This document shows, piece by piece, positions 38,295 to 51,300 of a stretch of 64,000 bases of DNA. The notes under the pieces are model-generated. The model made no database searches. It was not told the origin of the DNA and saw nothing but the letters and a program-made list of their open reading frames with translations. Source of the stretch: Eledone cirrhosa (lineage: Eukaryota). The DNA lies in contig OZ024742.1 of assembly GCA_964016885.1 (NCBI GenBank), forward strand, positions 299,894,001 through 299,958,000, written 5' to 3'. Position 1 is the first letter of the stretch, and each line of letters begins with the position of its first letter. The position numbers and the translations under genes are program-made.

Positions 38295-39341
38295 TGATTT
38301 AAAATACATCAATTATGACATTAAATCACATGTTGGCGCATGTAATTTGTTGAAGGATATCTAAAAGTTGGGAGAGCTCTTAATCTATGGAAAGAGTTGT
38401 GGTATATTGATATTTACAACACTAACAATTTTAGGTAAAACATTGAAGCAATATACCCACCAGAATTGAGTTCTCCGTCAGTAAATGTTTGAATGCTTTA
38501 AATATTATGGTATTTTAAATACATATTCAAATGCATCTTGCTTTATACAATACACCAAAAAAATGCTAGAAGATAATATCTATTACGAAAGTAAAAAAAT
38601 TAAAAACTCCAAAATAATGCGAAAACTGAGTACTTCCTTACATGTGTATCAAAGATGTTTGGCAGATTAAGAAATATATTACTTGAACTTCAAACATAAA
38701 ACTTTCATGCATACGTAGCCGATCTCTCGGACTTTTACGAAGTGCTTCGAGTATAAAGTTAGTATAAAGAGTTATGTGCTCCTGTGCGGAATGCTAATGG
38801 TTCAAAGTACCTAGCCAGTATCTGGAAGATACGAAGTTTGATTACTCATAGAATCTGATAGCAATGTCTTTGTTCGTCTTTAAGCGCCTTCACTCTATTT
38901 TATAAAATCTCCACGCAAGAGCACACTACTCTTTATATCAAATATAACTATCAATTTTACAGCTCAATGAAGGTCCATAAAAATTACTAGTTAAATGAAG
39001 CATGTCAAAACGCTAAATCGAAATGCATTGAATTACCTTCATCATAAGACTCAAAACTAAGACCTATTGCCGCAGGCTCTCAACATGAGAAACATATAGA
39101 TTAATCTATTTCTTGGATATTCTATTAAAAGTGAAATCGCATCTATTAAAAGTGCAAGTGCAAAAAACTGTCTTAGGCTTCTACCATGTAATGATAAACA
39201 ATAATTGATATAATTAATATTACTGTAACAATATTACTATAAACTACATAAAGTTTTAACATCTAATATTGTTATAATCTATGAAACTTAGAGTATATTT
39301 GTTGTTTTATATTATTGTTATAATCTGTATTATATTAGATA

Positions 39342-39786
39342 TTAGCAGTGGTACTCGGCGTTGCACGGGATAAGGTATTTTGGGACGCGGGCCGCCAACA
39401 GACCTAATCGTGGAAAAACTGCATGCCTGGACAATATGTAAAGAAAATAAACCGAATACTCCGATGGCTGGATAATCGTTAAGATTTTCCTCGATGAAGC
39501 AGGAAGAATGCAGGTTTTCACCTAATGCGGGCCCTAGGGGATCAAGAAAATAATTTTTTTTATGTGCATAATATGCCTTGAAATTTCGGGAAAATCGGCT
39601 AGACGTCACGCCTCCAAAAAGCCCTAAAAAGCTGAAAAAGTGAAGTATTTCACCTAATGCGGGTCCTCGGCCATAAAAAAAGTTGTATTCTTTTATGTGC
39701 ATAACACTCCCTGAAACATAAGTAATACACATGTAAAGTTTGAAAAAAAATCGGTTGGGTATTTCTCGAGTTTTAGGGATTCAAAC

Positions 39787-39843
<57 letters not shown>

Positions 39844-40172
39844 GACATCCTCAGGGAAGTGACGTAATGCAGCCAGCCAGACATACAGACAGATATTATA
39901 AGTACAGACGTTATATGTATGTACAGACGTTATATGTATGTATCTATCTAAAAAGAGAAAGACTAAGAATTATAGAGAGGGATCGCTAAATCACCTAGTG
40001 CAGTCCCTAGGGAATTGAAAATTTGAAATTGTTTTTGCTCAGAAGACTCCCTGAAACATAAGTATTACATGTGTTAAGTTTGAAAACAGTCGGTTGGGTG
40101 CTTCTCGAGTTTTAGGGATTCAAACTCACTCACACACACAGAGACAGCCATCCTCAGTTTTATATATCTAGT
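39342..40172 (-). mobile_element. Non-autonomous Helitron with internal duplication
   Basis: Termini resemble 19314-20180 (tagcagt...cggcgttgcacggg; cagttttatatat). A ~110-150 bp duplication at 39706 and 40046. Confidence 0.65.
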
Positions 40173-40250
40173 TATTGATTGTATGAATGTTCACATTTAT
40201 TTACTCTCTCTCTCTCCTCTGTCTTTCACCCTCTTTCTCTCTTTATACAT

Positions 40251-40285
<35 letters not shown>

Positions 40286-40416
40286 CAAGGGAATGCAAAT
40301 ATAGAAAAAATCTTAAAATAAATTTTAAAAATTCACTGTACTTACTATATGTGCCCTTACCGCGGTTTCAAATCCAAATATTTATATATAGTTAAAAAGT
40401 GAAGGTGAAAATGCAC

Positions 40417-40605
40417 TTCTCGTCTGGGATGCCACTTGCAGCGACACTTTCTCCAACCGCAACCTGGTGCAGTTTGCGACTAACCCAGGCTCTGCTGCAC
40501 TTCAGGCTGAGGAGAGCAAACTCCAAGTATCGGTAACTCACCGACAGGTTTGCAGTCTAGCCCCTAGCCGTGGAGACTTCTGGTGTCCTTGGCACAAGGG
40601 CTACC
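40417..40605 (+). mobile_element. CRE-clade LINE restriction-like endonuclease fragment
   Basis: LVWDATCSDTF...GSAALQAEESK..KY..L...PLAVETSGVLG. Confidence 0.7.
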
Positions 40606-41047
40606 CCCCCCCCCTCTATTCACCACCATAATCACTTTATAGTTATCTATTATTCCAAAGAATAGATTAGGCGTGTTAATTTCCTCCTGAGTATTATGGG
40701 GATATATGATTTAGAGCGGGATCTCATTGGTATGGTGTGAATTATGAAATCATTCATTCTATCAGGATAAAGAAACATTCTCAAATTGAACAAAATTCAT
40801 CACAAAAGGAACAAATACAAGAAACAAGATAAGATACACAGAATACACGTAAAACATATTTTTAATATTTCATATTTTATATTTAATAAGATAATTATAC
40901 CATTCGAACCCGGTTATATTTAATGCAAGAATTTTAAAATTATTCGTTCTGTCAAATTAAAAGAAATCTTTAAATATACTTCTGTGCATTTTCACCCTCA
41001 CTTTTTATCGTATAACGTTTCTTTTGCATGGAAATTTACCCCTTTTA

Positions 41048-41097
<50 letters not shown>

Positions 41098-41132
41098 AAA
41101 AATTGAACAGGGACAGAACAGAGAGGCAGTAC

Positions 41133-41187
<55 letters not shown>

Positions 41188-41330
41188 AGGAAAGCACGAA
41201 CGGGGGATAATTTCCCTTCATCAGTTATCTGCTGGAGATCGTGGACATATCTACGCTTTAATGGAACTTTATCCAGCAACTACACAACCCCTGTTTCTCA
41301 TAAAAAAGGTATATATATATATATATATAC

Positions 41331-41392
<62 letters not shown>

Positions 41393-41796
41393 CAAGGAAA
41401 CAACAAACAGGGTACTAAAAGACATTAGTTTCTCGCTTTAAGTTGGAAAAAAGGAAAGAAAGTTCGACGTGTTGGGTTTTAGCACTTGTTATAGTTGCAT
41501 CCATGCGTGTCGCTCTGGGTTTCGTCACCTTGGGTAAGTATCTTCTACTATATAGCCTTGGATTAATAACTTGTGTGTCGAATTTAATAGACAGAAAGTG
41601 CTGAAGAAGCTCGTTGTATGTATCCGGCCGTGTCAGTGTTAACATTCGTGTCTGTGATAATATCCCGTAACCTAGCCGTTCGACAAAAAAGTGATCGATA
41701 AAATAAATACCAGACTTGAACCATTAGGACTGGGGTCGCAATCTAATGATTGAAACAAATAAGATAATAAAAGAATTTATATATATATATATATAT

Positions 41797-41922
41797 TTAT
41801 GTAATAAACAACATAAGATAATTATTTCACTTACCAGTGGTTTCTTGTAGACAGACATAAATATCTGTCTTCAAGAAACCACTGGTAAATGAAATAATTA
41901 TCTTATGTTGTTTATTACATAA
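41797..41922. repeat. Fold-back palindrome containing the 3' half of a hammerhead
   Basis: ~62-bp arms with a 2-nt loop. Right arm reads central stem, then GAAA-CCACTGG-TA. Confidence 0.7.
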
Positions 41923-41987
41923 CTAAAAAGCTCTGTAGCCTACATAGAGCACTCTCTTTTCCTTTACCTTTCCTACGGAAATACTTC

Positions 41988-42103
<116 letters not shown>

Positions 42104-42833
42104 AATTGTGAAATGAACTATTGAATGACAAAGAAAGTTAAAAGATTGAGTATGACAAACAGAGAGAGAGAGTGTGTGTGTGTGCATGTGTACGCGCGCG
42201 TGAATTGAAGGAAGATGAGAGTGGACAAAATATGAAACGAAGCGAAAAGATTTATAGCGAAATTTCTGACAAACAATTTTACGATTTAATTTGTAAAGTT
42301 ATTCGTCGGAAAGAATAACGTAAATAGTAAATATTCAAGTGAGAAATTGTGTGCTATGAGTTATTACAAACAGCTGTCGGCTGTTAATAGTTTCTTCTAT
42401 AACGTCTACAGGCGAAAGAACTTTGAAACACCATGGATAATTTGAATGTCGGCAGACGATTTAGCAGACGATCGACTGTAATACTGTCTTACGGACTTTA
42501 TTTCATTAAAGTGAAATTCATGATTGGTGCTCACTGATGTGGCTGATGTGGTTGATGATGGGTGAATACATATCTGAGAAATTTTAATAAATAATTATGA
42601 TGTAAGCATGTTTGATAGTAAACCTCACCCTAAACGCACACGGTCACATTCCCCCCCCCCCCCCCCCCCACACACACACTCACACATTTTCACACAAATA
42701 CTGTTATCGTCAACGTCAACCGATAAGCAATGAAGAGGTCTCTCGTGGTCATTCAACGTGGTGGAAAACTTCCGCAAATCACACACTACATTTTTTTTTA
42801 AAATCCACATAGAATAGTGTAGTCTGAAAAAAT

Positions 42834-43056
42834 ATAAAACAGGATGAACATTGCTGGAAAGCTTTTGATCATATTTCTTCACTATGAGGGCTGACCTAGG
42901 GCAAAATATAAATGAAATAACCCAAATCATCATAATAACATTCATAAGTTATTATTATGATGATTTGGGTTATTTCATTTATATTTTGCCCTAGGTCAGC
43001 CCTCATAGTGAAGAACTATGATCAAAAGTTTTCCAGCAATGTTCATCCTGTTTTAT
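42834..43056. repeat. Fold-back element, ~105-bp arms, 13-nt spacer
   Basis: ataaaacaggatgaac...cataataa mirrored with only a few mismatches. Confidence 0.85.
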
Positions 43057-43375
43057 GGGTTCTGATTTAAGCACAATGCCAAATATTTTTGGGGAGGGGA
43101 AATTTCGATTAAATCGACCCCAGTGCATTACTGGTACTTTCTTTTATCGACTCCGTAAGGATGAAAGGCAACGCTAACCTCGGCGATATTTGAACTAAGA
43201 ACGCAAAGGGCCATAACTCTAAACTGCGAATCATGTTGTCCGATGTTTTAGCAATACTGACAATCCACCACCCTACTCACTCAACTAATAAACTGAAGGG
43301 AAACATCAACAAGTGCGTGTGTTTTACTGGCAGAATGACCCTCCCAAAAACAATATATATATATTCAAAAGAATA

Positions 43376-43630
43376 TATACTATGGATATGTGGTTAGAAT
43401 ATCTCAGGAGAGAATCACTGAACAGATTGAACAGGCAAAACCAACCGGCAGGAGACCCAGGGGTAGACCGAAAGCAAAATGGTTGTATAACATCTATGAG
43501 TTTAGCTGGTCTCGCTTGGCGATCCAGTCGGATCAGTTGGAGACGGCTGCTTCTAACAGGACCCGCTGGAAGAAATGTTTGAGGACTCTTCCCCCACAAC
43601 CCTCTCAGGATTAAGTGGGCGAAGAAAAAG
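43376..43630 (+). mobile_element. Rex3/Expander-like RTE LINE 3' fragment
   Basis: YGYVVRISQERITEQIEQAKPTGRRPRGRPKAKW...LPPQP; (GAA)-rich tail. Confidence 0.78.
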
Positions 43631-44471
43631 AAAAGATACATAATCATGTATATAACTGAAAAGGGAGGTAATTTCCATACAAATCGAAAATTATAGGTAA
43701 AAATTAAAAGTGGAGAGGTACAGGGGTATATTTAAAGATTATTACTTTAATAAGGGATTGGCAGTATCGGTAGAGGTTCGGACGCCATGCTTTGACGCAT
43801 AGAGTTACGGCCCTTGCCATTCTGAGTTCAAATCCCGCCGAGGTTAACTTTGCCTTTCATCCTTACGGGGTCGATAAAATAAAGTACCAGTAATGTACTG
43901 GGTAATTTTCTGGCCTTGTGCCAATAGTAGAAACAATTACTTTAATAAGGGAATAAATTATTTTTATAATAGTTACATTAAAGGAATGTAAATTTTGTCA
44001 AATATTATGGTTTTCGATTGGTATGCCAATCATATCAAATATTAAAAGACACTCTTCTCATATTCTGTGGGCAGTTAAAACATATGTGAATTTTCTCTGA
44101 AAATCTTATATGTATATGTTCTTTATGAAGATGGGTGGAGAGAGTAGAATTGGGGTTCAACAGCTCTGGATTTCATTGATTTATTAGAAAATTATATTGA
44201 TTTATATAAAAAGATCCTTTTCTATTCAGAATAAATCCTCAGATAGCATTATGCTGGTATTCGGTGTGTGTGTGTATTTGTGTTTGTGTGTGTTTGTGTG
44301 TGTTTGTGTGCGTTTGTGTGTGTTTGTGTGTGTATTTAGGTGGAGATCCATTGTGTTAAGAGTTCAGGTTTATTTTCAGGGTGTGTAGATAAATAAAAAA
44401 AAAAAGAAAAGGAAATAATAACAGCTAAAAATAGATATAAGGATGATTGCAAGCTCTTGGAAATACAAAGA

Positions 44472-44518
<47 letters not shown>

Positions 44519-44866
44519 ATATATATATATATTAAAAAAAATATATATGAGAGAGAGAGAGGGGTGAGAGAGAGGGAGAGATTGGATGATATTAATATAA
44601 TAAACATTTTTATTTTTAGGAAAAGTGTTTTTTAATCATGAATAATTCTTTTTGGCGTGGTGATGTTTTCGGGAAAGTTGTGAGATTTTATTTTGTCTTG
44701 TAGTGCATGTGTGTGTATGTGTGTGTAAGTAGGGTGCTATTGTGTCAAGAGTTCAAGTTTATTTCCAGGATTTGCAGATAAAACAAGAATAAAAGTATGA
44801 AGAGTAGTAAATAAAAATGCAAATGTAGATATAAATATGATTGAAAGGTATCATTTTGATGAGGAT

Positions 44867-44934
<68 letters not shown>

Positions 44935-44992
44935 ATTATTGAGTAAAATGACAGGAGGCTGGACTGGTGAAATTCCTTAAAGATTTATTATA

Positions 44993-45052
44993 AACACTAT
45001 GCACATTTCAATGACTGGGTTCTGCAGGAACCCGGTGACATCATCAGGTGTT
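44993..45052 (-). ncRNA. Mirror copy of the hammerhead ribozyme
   Basis: Exact reverse complement of 45472-45531. Confidence 0.78.
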
Positions 45053-45471
45053 ACGAAATGTATCCAATAAAGGAATATAATAATTGTTTCTACTTTAGGC
45101 ACAAGGCCAGCAATTACCCAGTACATTACTGGTACTTTATTTTATCGACCCCGTAAGGATGAAAGGCAAAGTTAACCTCGGCGGGATTTGAACTCAGACT
45201 GTAAAGGGACGTAGCTATGCTAGAAAGCATGGCGTCCAACCCTCTACCGATACTGTCAATTCCCCGCCCCTATATAATAAAGGAATATAATAATGGTAGA
45301 CACAATCCAAGGGGATGAAAAGTAGAGAGAAATATTTAAGACCTGAAGGCGGTCATCCAGACTGGCAACTGCTGGCTCTGGCCGCCTTCAGGTCTTAAAC
45401 ATTTCTCTCTACTTTTCATCCCCTTGGATTGTGTCTACCATTATTATATTCCTTTATTGGATAAATTTCTT

Positions 45472-45531
45472 AACACCTGATGATGTCACCGGGTTCCTGC
45501 AGAACCCAGTCATTGAAATGTGCATAGTGTT
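45472..45531 (+). ncRNA. Minimal type I hammerhead ribozyme, intact core
   Basis: aacac-CTGATGA-[helix II with gggttc/gaaccc]-GAAA-tg tg ca-TA-gtgtt. Helix I is aacac/gtgtt; AATAAA follows. Confidence 0.8.
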
Positions 45532-45707
45532 TATAATAAATCTTTAAGGAATTTCACCAGTCCAGCCTCCTGTCATTTTACTCAACAAGATTCAACTTAA
45601 AGGAACATGGGTGAGTTGCGTTACGTCGAGTGCTTTTCCTTATATTACATCACGGTTGACTATACGAAATGACCAGTTCTATCCAGTGGTGAACCAACAA
45701 ACCTAAA

Positions 45708-45807
<100 letters not shown>

Positions 45808-46068
45808 GTAAGGATCCCCTTCGGTCACGAATGACCATGAGATTTGCACTTAGAAAGTTTACTTCCAAAGCACAAGACCGGGAAAGGCAATGGCCGATAC
45901 AGCTTGACACCAATGACGTCGCGACTCATTTCTACAGCTGAGTAAACTGAAGCAACGTGAAATAAGTATCTTGCTCAGGGACACAATGCATTACCCGGTC
46001 AGAGAATCGAATTCACAACCTTCCGATTGCAAGCCCAATGCTCTAACGACTATATATATGTGCCTTCT

Positions 46069-46121
<53 letters not shown>

Positions 46122-46123
<2 letters not shown>

Positions 46124-46313
46124 CGAAGGAAATGGGGTAAGGAACCAGATGGACCATAACGCACCAGAGTACTCAAAACTTAGGGTAGTAGAGTGGGTAA
46201 TAGGAAAAAGTATGACCCCGAGGGCAGAGCTCAAGCCGTTTCGACGGCTATTTCTGAACAGAAATAGCCGTCGAAACGGCTTGAGCTCTGCCGTCGGGGT
46301 CATACTTTTTCCT
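46122..46313 (-). repeat. (TA)n-flanked fold-back element; partial second copy at 33889-33977
   Basis: ~56-bp arms within 46200-46313, 2-nt loop, one mismatch. The unique left extension is the reverse complement of 33889-33977. Confidence 0.8.
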
Positions 46314-46404
46314 ATATATATATATATATATATATAAACATATACATACATGTGTGTGTGTATGTGTATGTGTGTGAGTCTGTGTGTGTGTGTGTATGAA
46401 TAGC

Positions 46405-47130
46405 TAAGGAAAAAGAGTACTGCTCGATATAACATGGAAAGTGCTGGGATGTTCACGCTGTATAAACATGAAACTAAGAGATGCCCACTCTGCCTCAGTG
46501 AAACATTCACGATTTTGCAAGGATTAAACTAACAGAACAAGTATCTAAACTCCAAGATTGAGATACTTAAATGTTATTTGTATCGCAAAAGCTACCTCCT
46601 ATCCAGCAGAAAACCCACACCCCAAGATTCTCCCTCTCCAAACCTTCGGTTTTAAGGGCAAACAATTTACACTATACAAACTTTTCCGTATTGTAACGAG
46701 CTCTTTTAAGGACCTTTCAAGCCTTTTCAAAAATATCTTACAATATAAGTCACGCACATATTACACGTACGCCTCCACAGCTTTGCACAGACAAACCTAC
46801 ACACAGACATACGTGCACACATGAACTTGCATACACGCATACACATATACACACACACGCACACCCACACACATGTCCACTCAAAATATAAATTCATTAT
46901 CTCCCTTTCTAAACCTTTCTAATACCTGATACCTACTCCCCAGCATTTCCTCAAAATATCTGTTCCGTCCACTTCTCCCTCTCTTTCTATTTCAGTTTTT
47001 ATTTCTCATTTTATCTTCTGATGAAGGACTAGTGTCCGATACATAAAGACACTTTTCAAGCGTTATACTAATATATTTCTTCATTGTACTGTATTGTTTT
47101 ACTTTGTTGTTTCCGTTTACTTCTTGCATA
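46405..47130 (+). mobile_element. 5'-truncated Penelope-like remnant (GIY-YIG C-terminus plus pLTR with decayed hammerhead at 47014-47049)
   Basis: ITWKVL...YKHETKRCPLCLSETFTIL...LNSKIEILKC...YLL, followed by tctt-CTGATGA-a-ggac tagt gtcc-GATAC-ATA-aaga. Confidence 0.72.
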
Positions 47131-47326
47131 CAAATATACATGTATTCAGGTAAATATATGCATACATATATATGTGTGTGTATGTCTGTGTGTGTGTGTG
47201 TGTGCGCGTATTTACATATATCTGCATGTATATTTTTCTTTGTTATTCTCTCTCTATAAAAGATGTGCATAAATTACAAACACATACACACTCACACACA
47301 CACATACACGCACACAGATACATGTA

Positions 47327-47368
<42 letters not shown>

Positions 47369-47708
47369 TGTGTACATGTCTGTGTACATGTCTATGCGTA
47401 TATATGTGTGTGTATTTTTGTGCGCTGTTTAGACTTCAATACGAAAATGAGTTGTTTTTTTTTTTCTCTCTTTTGCAAGCGTAGCAGAAAGAAAGTAGGT
47501 TACTCCAACTGAATGGTCCATATTTAGCTGCAGAATGTTTGTATAAAAGTATTGTGTTTGCCTGTATATAAATTAAGAAGCTATTTTGATCATAGGATCA
47601 AATTAATCACTTTTCCTGAACTCTCTTCATATCATCAGTCTAAGTTATGAAAATGTGAGGGAAATAATAAAATCATATCAGTCTGAAACTGAATAATAAT
47701 AATAATAA

Positions 47709-48104
47709 TAATTGTTTCTACTTTTGGCAATAGGCCAGCAATTACCCAGTGCATTACTGGTACTTTATTTTATCGACCCCGTAAGGATGAAAGGCAAAGT
47801 TAACCTCGGCGGGATTTGAACTCAGACCGTAAAGGGACGTAACACTATGCTGGAAAGCATGGTGTCCGACCCTCTACCGATACTGCCAATTCACCGCCCT
47901 TATTAATAATAATAATTGTTTCTACATTTGGCACAAAGCCAGCAATTACCCAGTACATTACTGGTACTTTATTTTATCGACCCCGTAAGGATGAAAGGCA
48001 AAGTTAACTTCGGCGGGATTTGAACTCAGAATGGCAAGGGCCGTAACTCTATGCGTCAAAGCATGGCGTCCGACCCTCTACCGATACTGCCAATCCACCG
48101 CCCT
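47709..48104 (-). mobile_element. Tandem dimer of SINE family B with (AAT)n linkers
   Basis: Two full copies directly downstream of the Tx1 3' end. Confidence 0.9.
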
Positions 48105-48393
48105 TAATAATAATAATAATAATAATAATAATGATTTCTTTATTAACCACAAAGGTTTACATAAAGTAGACATTAAGGACAGTGCAGGACAATGCAGGAC
48201 GGTACAAATGGGCATTTCTGCGTATAAAAAACAAAAACAGAGGATGTAACAAAAATAACAATGAAAATAACAATGAAAAATTCCCCAATAGCGGGGAGAC
48301 TTCGGAGGGACATTTGTGGAGAAAGCCCAGTAAAAAGCCACAATGACCCTGACCACCAAGGCAAGTGCCCTCTCCCAGTTTTCCACCTTTAAT

Positions 48394-51300
48394 TTACAGA
48401 TATATACTCAGAGTAGGCCCATTCACTCGGGCCATTCTTGCTTCTCTCACCCATCTTTCAACAAAATGCTGGGAAGAGAGCACTTCCCTCTCTACTCTGA
48501 TTTTCCTTTTCAAATGAAATTTGAAAAAGTCAATCAGAGCATCACCGAAGAGGTAAGTGCTCGTCTTCAGCCCTTTCAAACGTGTCCACCATACTATCTC
48601 TTTCGCCATGGCCACCAGACAGATAAAAACTGCCTGCCCTTCCCGGCTAAAGGAGGAGGGCGGGGCAATCCTCACGATGGACTCAGATGATAGCTGGATC
48701 CGTCCTAAACGCGACAGCAGGTGTTCGACATAAACCCACAAGTCAGCAATTTTCGGACACTGGACGAGTGTGTGCAGGACGGTTTCGTCGCCCTGCGCGC
48801 ATCTCGGACATGCCCGGCTGACGGCACCTCCATGCCTGTAGAGTTTATCCCGAACTGGCAAGGCTCCTCGGTAGCACTGCCAGGCCAGAGATTTCTGGAA
48901 GTTGTCCATAGGCCCTGGCCCGAAAGTTCTTCCGAAGAGATTGGCTAGTTGATTTTCGTCGACGCCTAGAGTTTCCCCAAGTACGTCGTCGCTCTTCCCC
49001 TCCACTAATCCTCTATAGAACGCCGATGTGGAGTTTCCACCGATCACATTGCCCGATTGGTCGAGGGCTGTGAGCGCCTGAAGACATTCCAGTCTCCAGG
49101 TGCTCCCTCTCGGTCTTCGCTTGACCCAGGACTGCAGCTCCGTCAAGGAAACGAGCTGGGGAAAAAACGCGTCTAGCAAACGGCGACCACACCTGATCAC
49201 CGTCGAGGAAGAGGTGGAGATGTCGTAGCCTGAGCGCGTGCCTGCGCATCATCAGCCACGGCATGCCCAGCCCTCCACGTAGCGGGTGTTGACAACAGAT
49301 GGACCGCCTGACCATCGGAGCACGTCCCTTCCACAAAAAGCGAAAGAGCAAACGCTCCAGCGCAGTCAGGCGAGGCTTAGGACAAGGTACGACGGTTAGG
49401 CGGTAGCAGATGACAGACGCGATGTACGCGTTAGCCACCTCCGCTCGACCTTTCAGGGATGGCTTCCTCTCCGCCCATTTCTGGGTGAGAGAAGCCACCC
49501 TGCTCGTCACCTCGTCCCAGTTTTTGTCCGTCTGGAGGTCCGGACCGAACCAGACCCCTAGCAATTTAACCGGTCCGTCCGTCCAGCGCCCGACGACGCT
49601 GTTGGACGGCATGGACCTGCCTCTCCAGGTGCCGAGCTGCAGGCCCACTGACTTTTCCTGGTTGATCATTGCTCCTGTCACCGCTTCGTATTCTCTTAGT
49701 GTAGTGCCGATCGCCTCGATGTGTTTGGCGTTCGACACCACTACGGTGACATCGTCCGCATATGCTGACACGGATCTTCCGCATCCTAGTTCGCGCGGGA
49801 CTCCCCTCAACGTCTCCAGTTTGTGCAGTAATGGCTCGAGAGTCAATACGTACAAGAGGGACGAGAGGGGACATCCTTGGCGGACCGAGCGCATGATGTT
49901 GAACGGTTCCGACAGGTGACCGTTCACTCTCACCACAGAGCAGATGTCGCTGTGCATGGCAGCGATCCAGCCTCTGAAGACGGGCCCAAAGCCAGCCGCC
50001 CTCAGGACTGCCGCTAGGTAACGATGGTTGACCCTATCGAAAGCTTTCGACTGATCTAAATTGATCAAGGACCCACCCGTGCCAGGTTCCTTAGCTACCC
50101 TCTCTATGATGTATCGCATGAGGTGGAGGTTGTCGTGGATGGATCTGTCGGGAATGGCGCATGTCTGCGCCTCTCCCACCAGACCACCAACGACAAGCGC
50201 CAACCTCTTTGCTAGCACCTTGGCTAAAATCTTGAACTCTGTGTTTAGCAGAGTTATGGGCCGGAAATTGTCTATGTTATCCCCCTTGTTCGGATCCTTT
50301 CTCAGCAGTGCCACCGCTCCTCGGCTCACAGAACTGGGAATTCTCCCGTTCTGTTGCCAGTTGCAGTAGACGTCCGCCAAGAGGCCTCCGAACAAGTCTG
50401 GCATCTGTACGTAAAGTTCATAGGGCAGACCATCCAAACCAGGCGATTTACCCCTTGTGCAGCCAGTCATTGCCTCCCTTACTTCAGCGCTGTTATCGGC
50501 TTTTCGCAACACTTCGCCTCAGTGGCCGAGAGCCGCGGCAGTCCGTCGAGGTCGACACTAATGTCCATCCCTCGACCCGGCCCACCGCTGCCCCCGAACA
50601 GCTGAGCGAAGTGTCGCTGAAAAGCTTCACACATTTGCCCGGGATCGAGTAGCATGCGCCCGTCGTGGTCCACCAAAGACCGGATCGTGGCTTTGTTGCC
50701 ACGACGCGCCTCCGCCACTCGGGCCCATTGAACGGCTTTCGTTCCCTCGTGTCTGAGAGCACGCACCCTTGTCCTGACAACGCAGCCTTCGTGCTTTGCA
50801 TTGAAGAATTGGTCAAGGGCCAATTTCGCCGCAAGCACGTCGGTCGCAATGCCTTTGCTAAGAACCTCGTCTAATTGTCTAACTAGTTCTCCCTCTGCTC
50901 TATTTTTCTCTATTGCTAAAGCCTTACTAAGCCTAATCGATTCTATTCTAATCGCTCTTTTCAGAGCAAACCACCACTTGTTGTTGACGATGGCCCCGTC
51001 AACGGCCGCTTAACTAGTTCGCTAATCCGGTCTCTGTAGGTCTTGCGCGCTGGTAAGGACGCGTTTAGCTTCCAGTAGCCGGGTCCTCGTCTATGAAGCC
51101 TATCTAAGTCAAGCACACAGGTCACGAATTTGTGGTCCGTGTAGCTGACTATCTTGAATTGTGGACAGCCTATGCTAGACCTATCTATTTCCCTACAAAA
51201 TACTCTATCTAGATATGATCTGGATGACCCTATGCGGTTTGTCCAAGTCCACATTGGCACATTCGGGAAATCCAATCGGTACCTGTCAGACAGTTCAAAA

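Noticed and set aside
38380-38480. WYID...NNF...IYPPEL peptide resembling a Naiad-type Penelope RT
   Set aside because: Too short and degenerate, with a stop, to support without a profile search.
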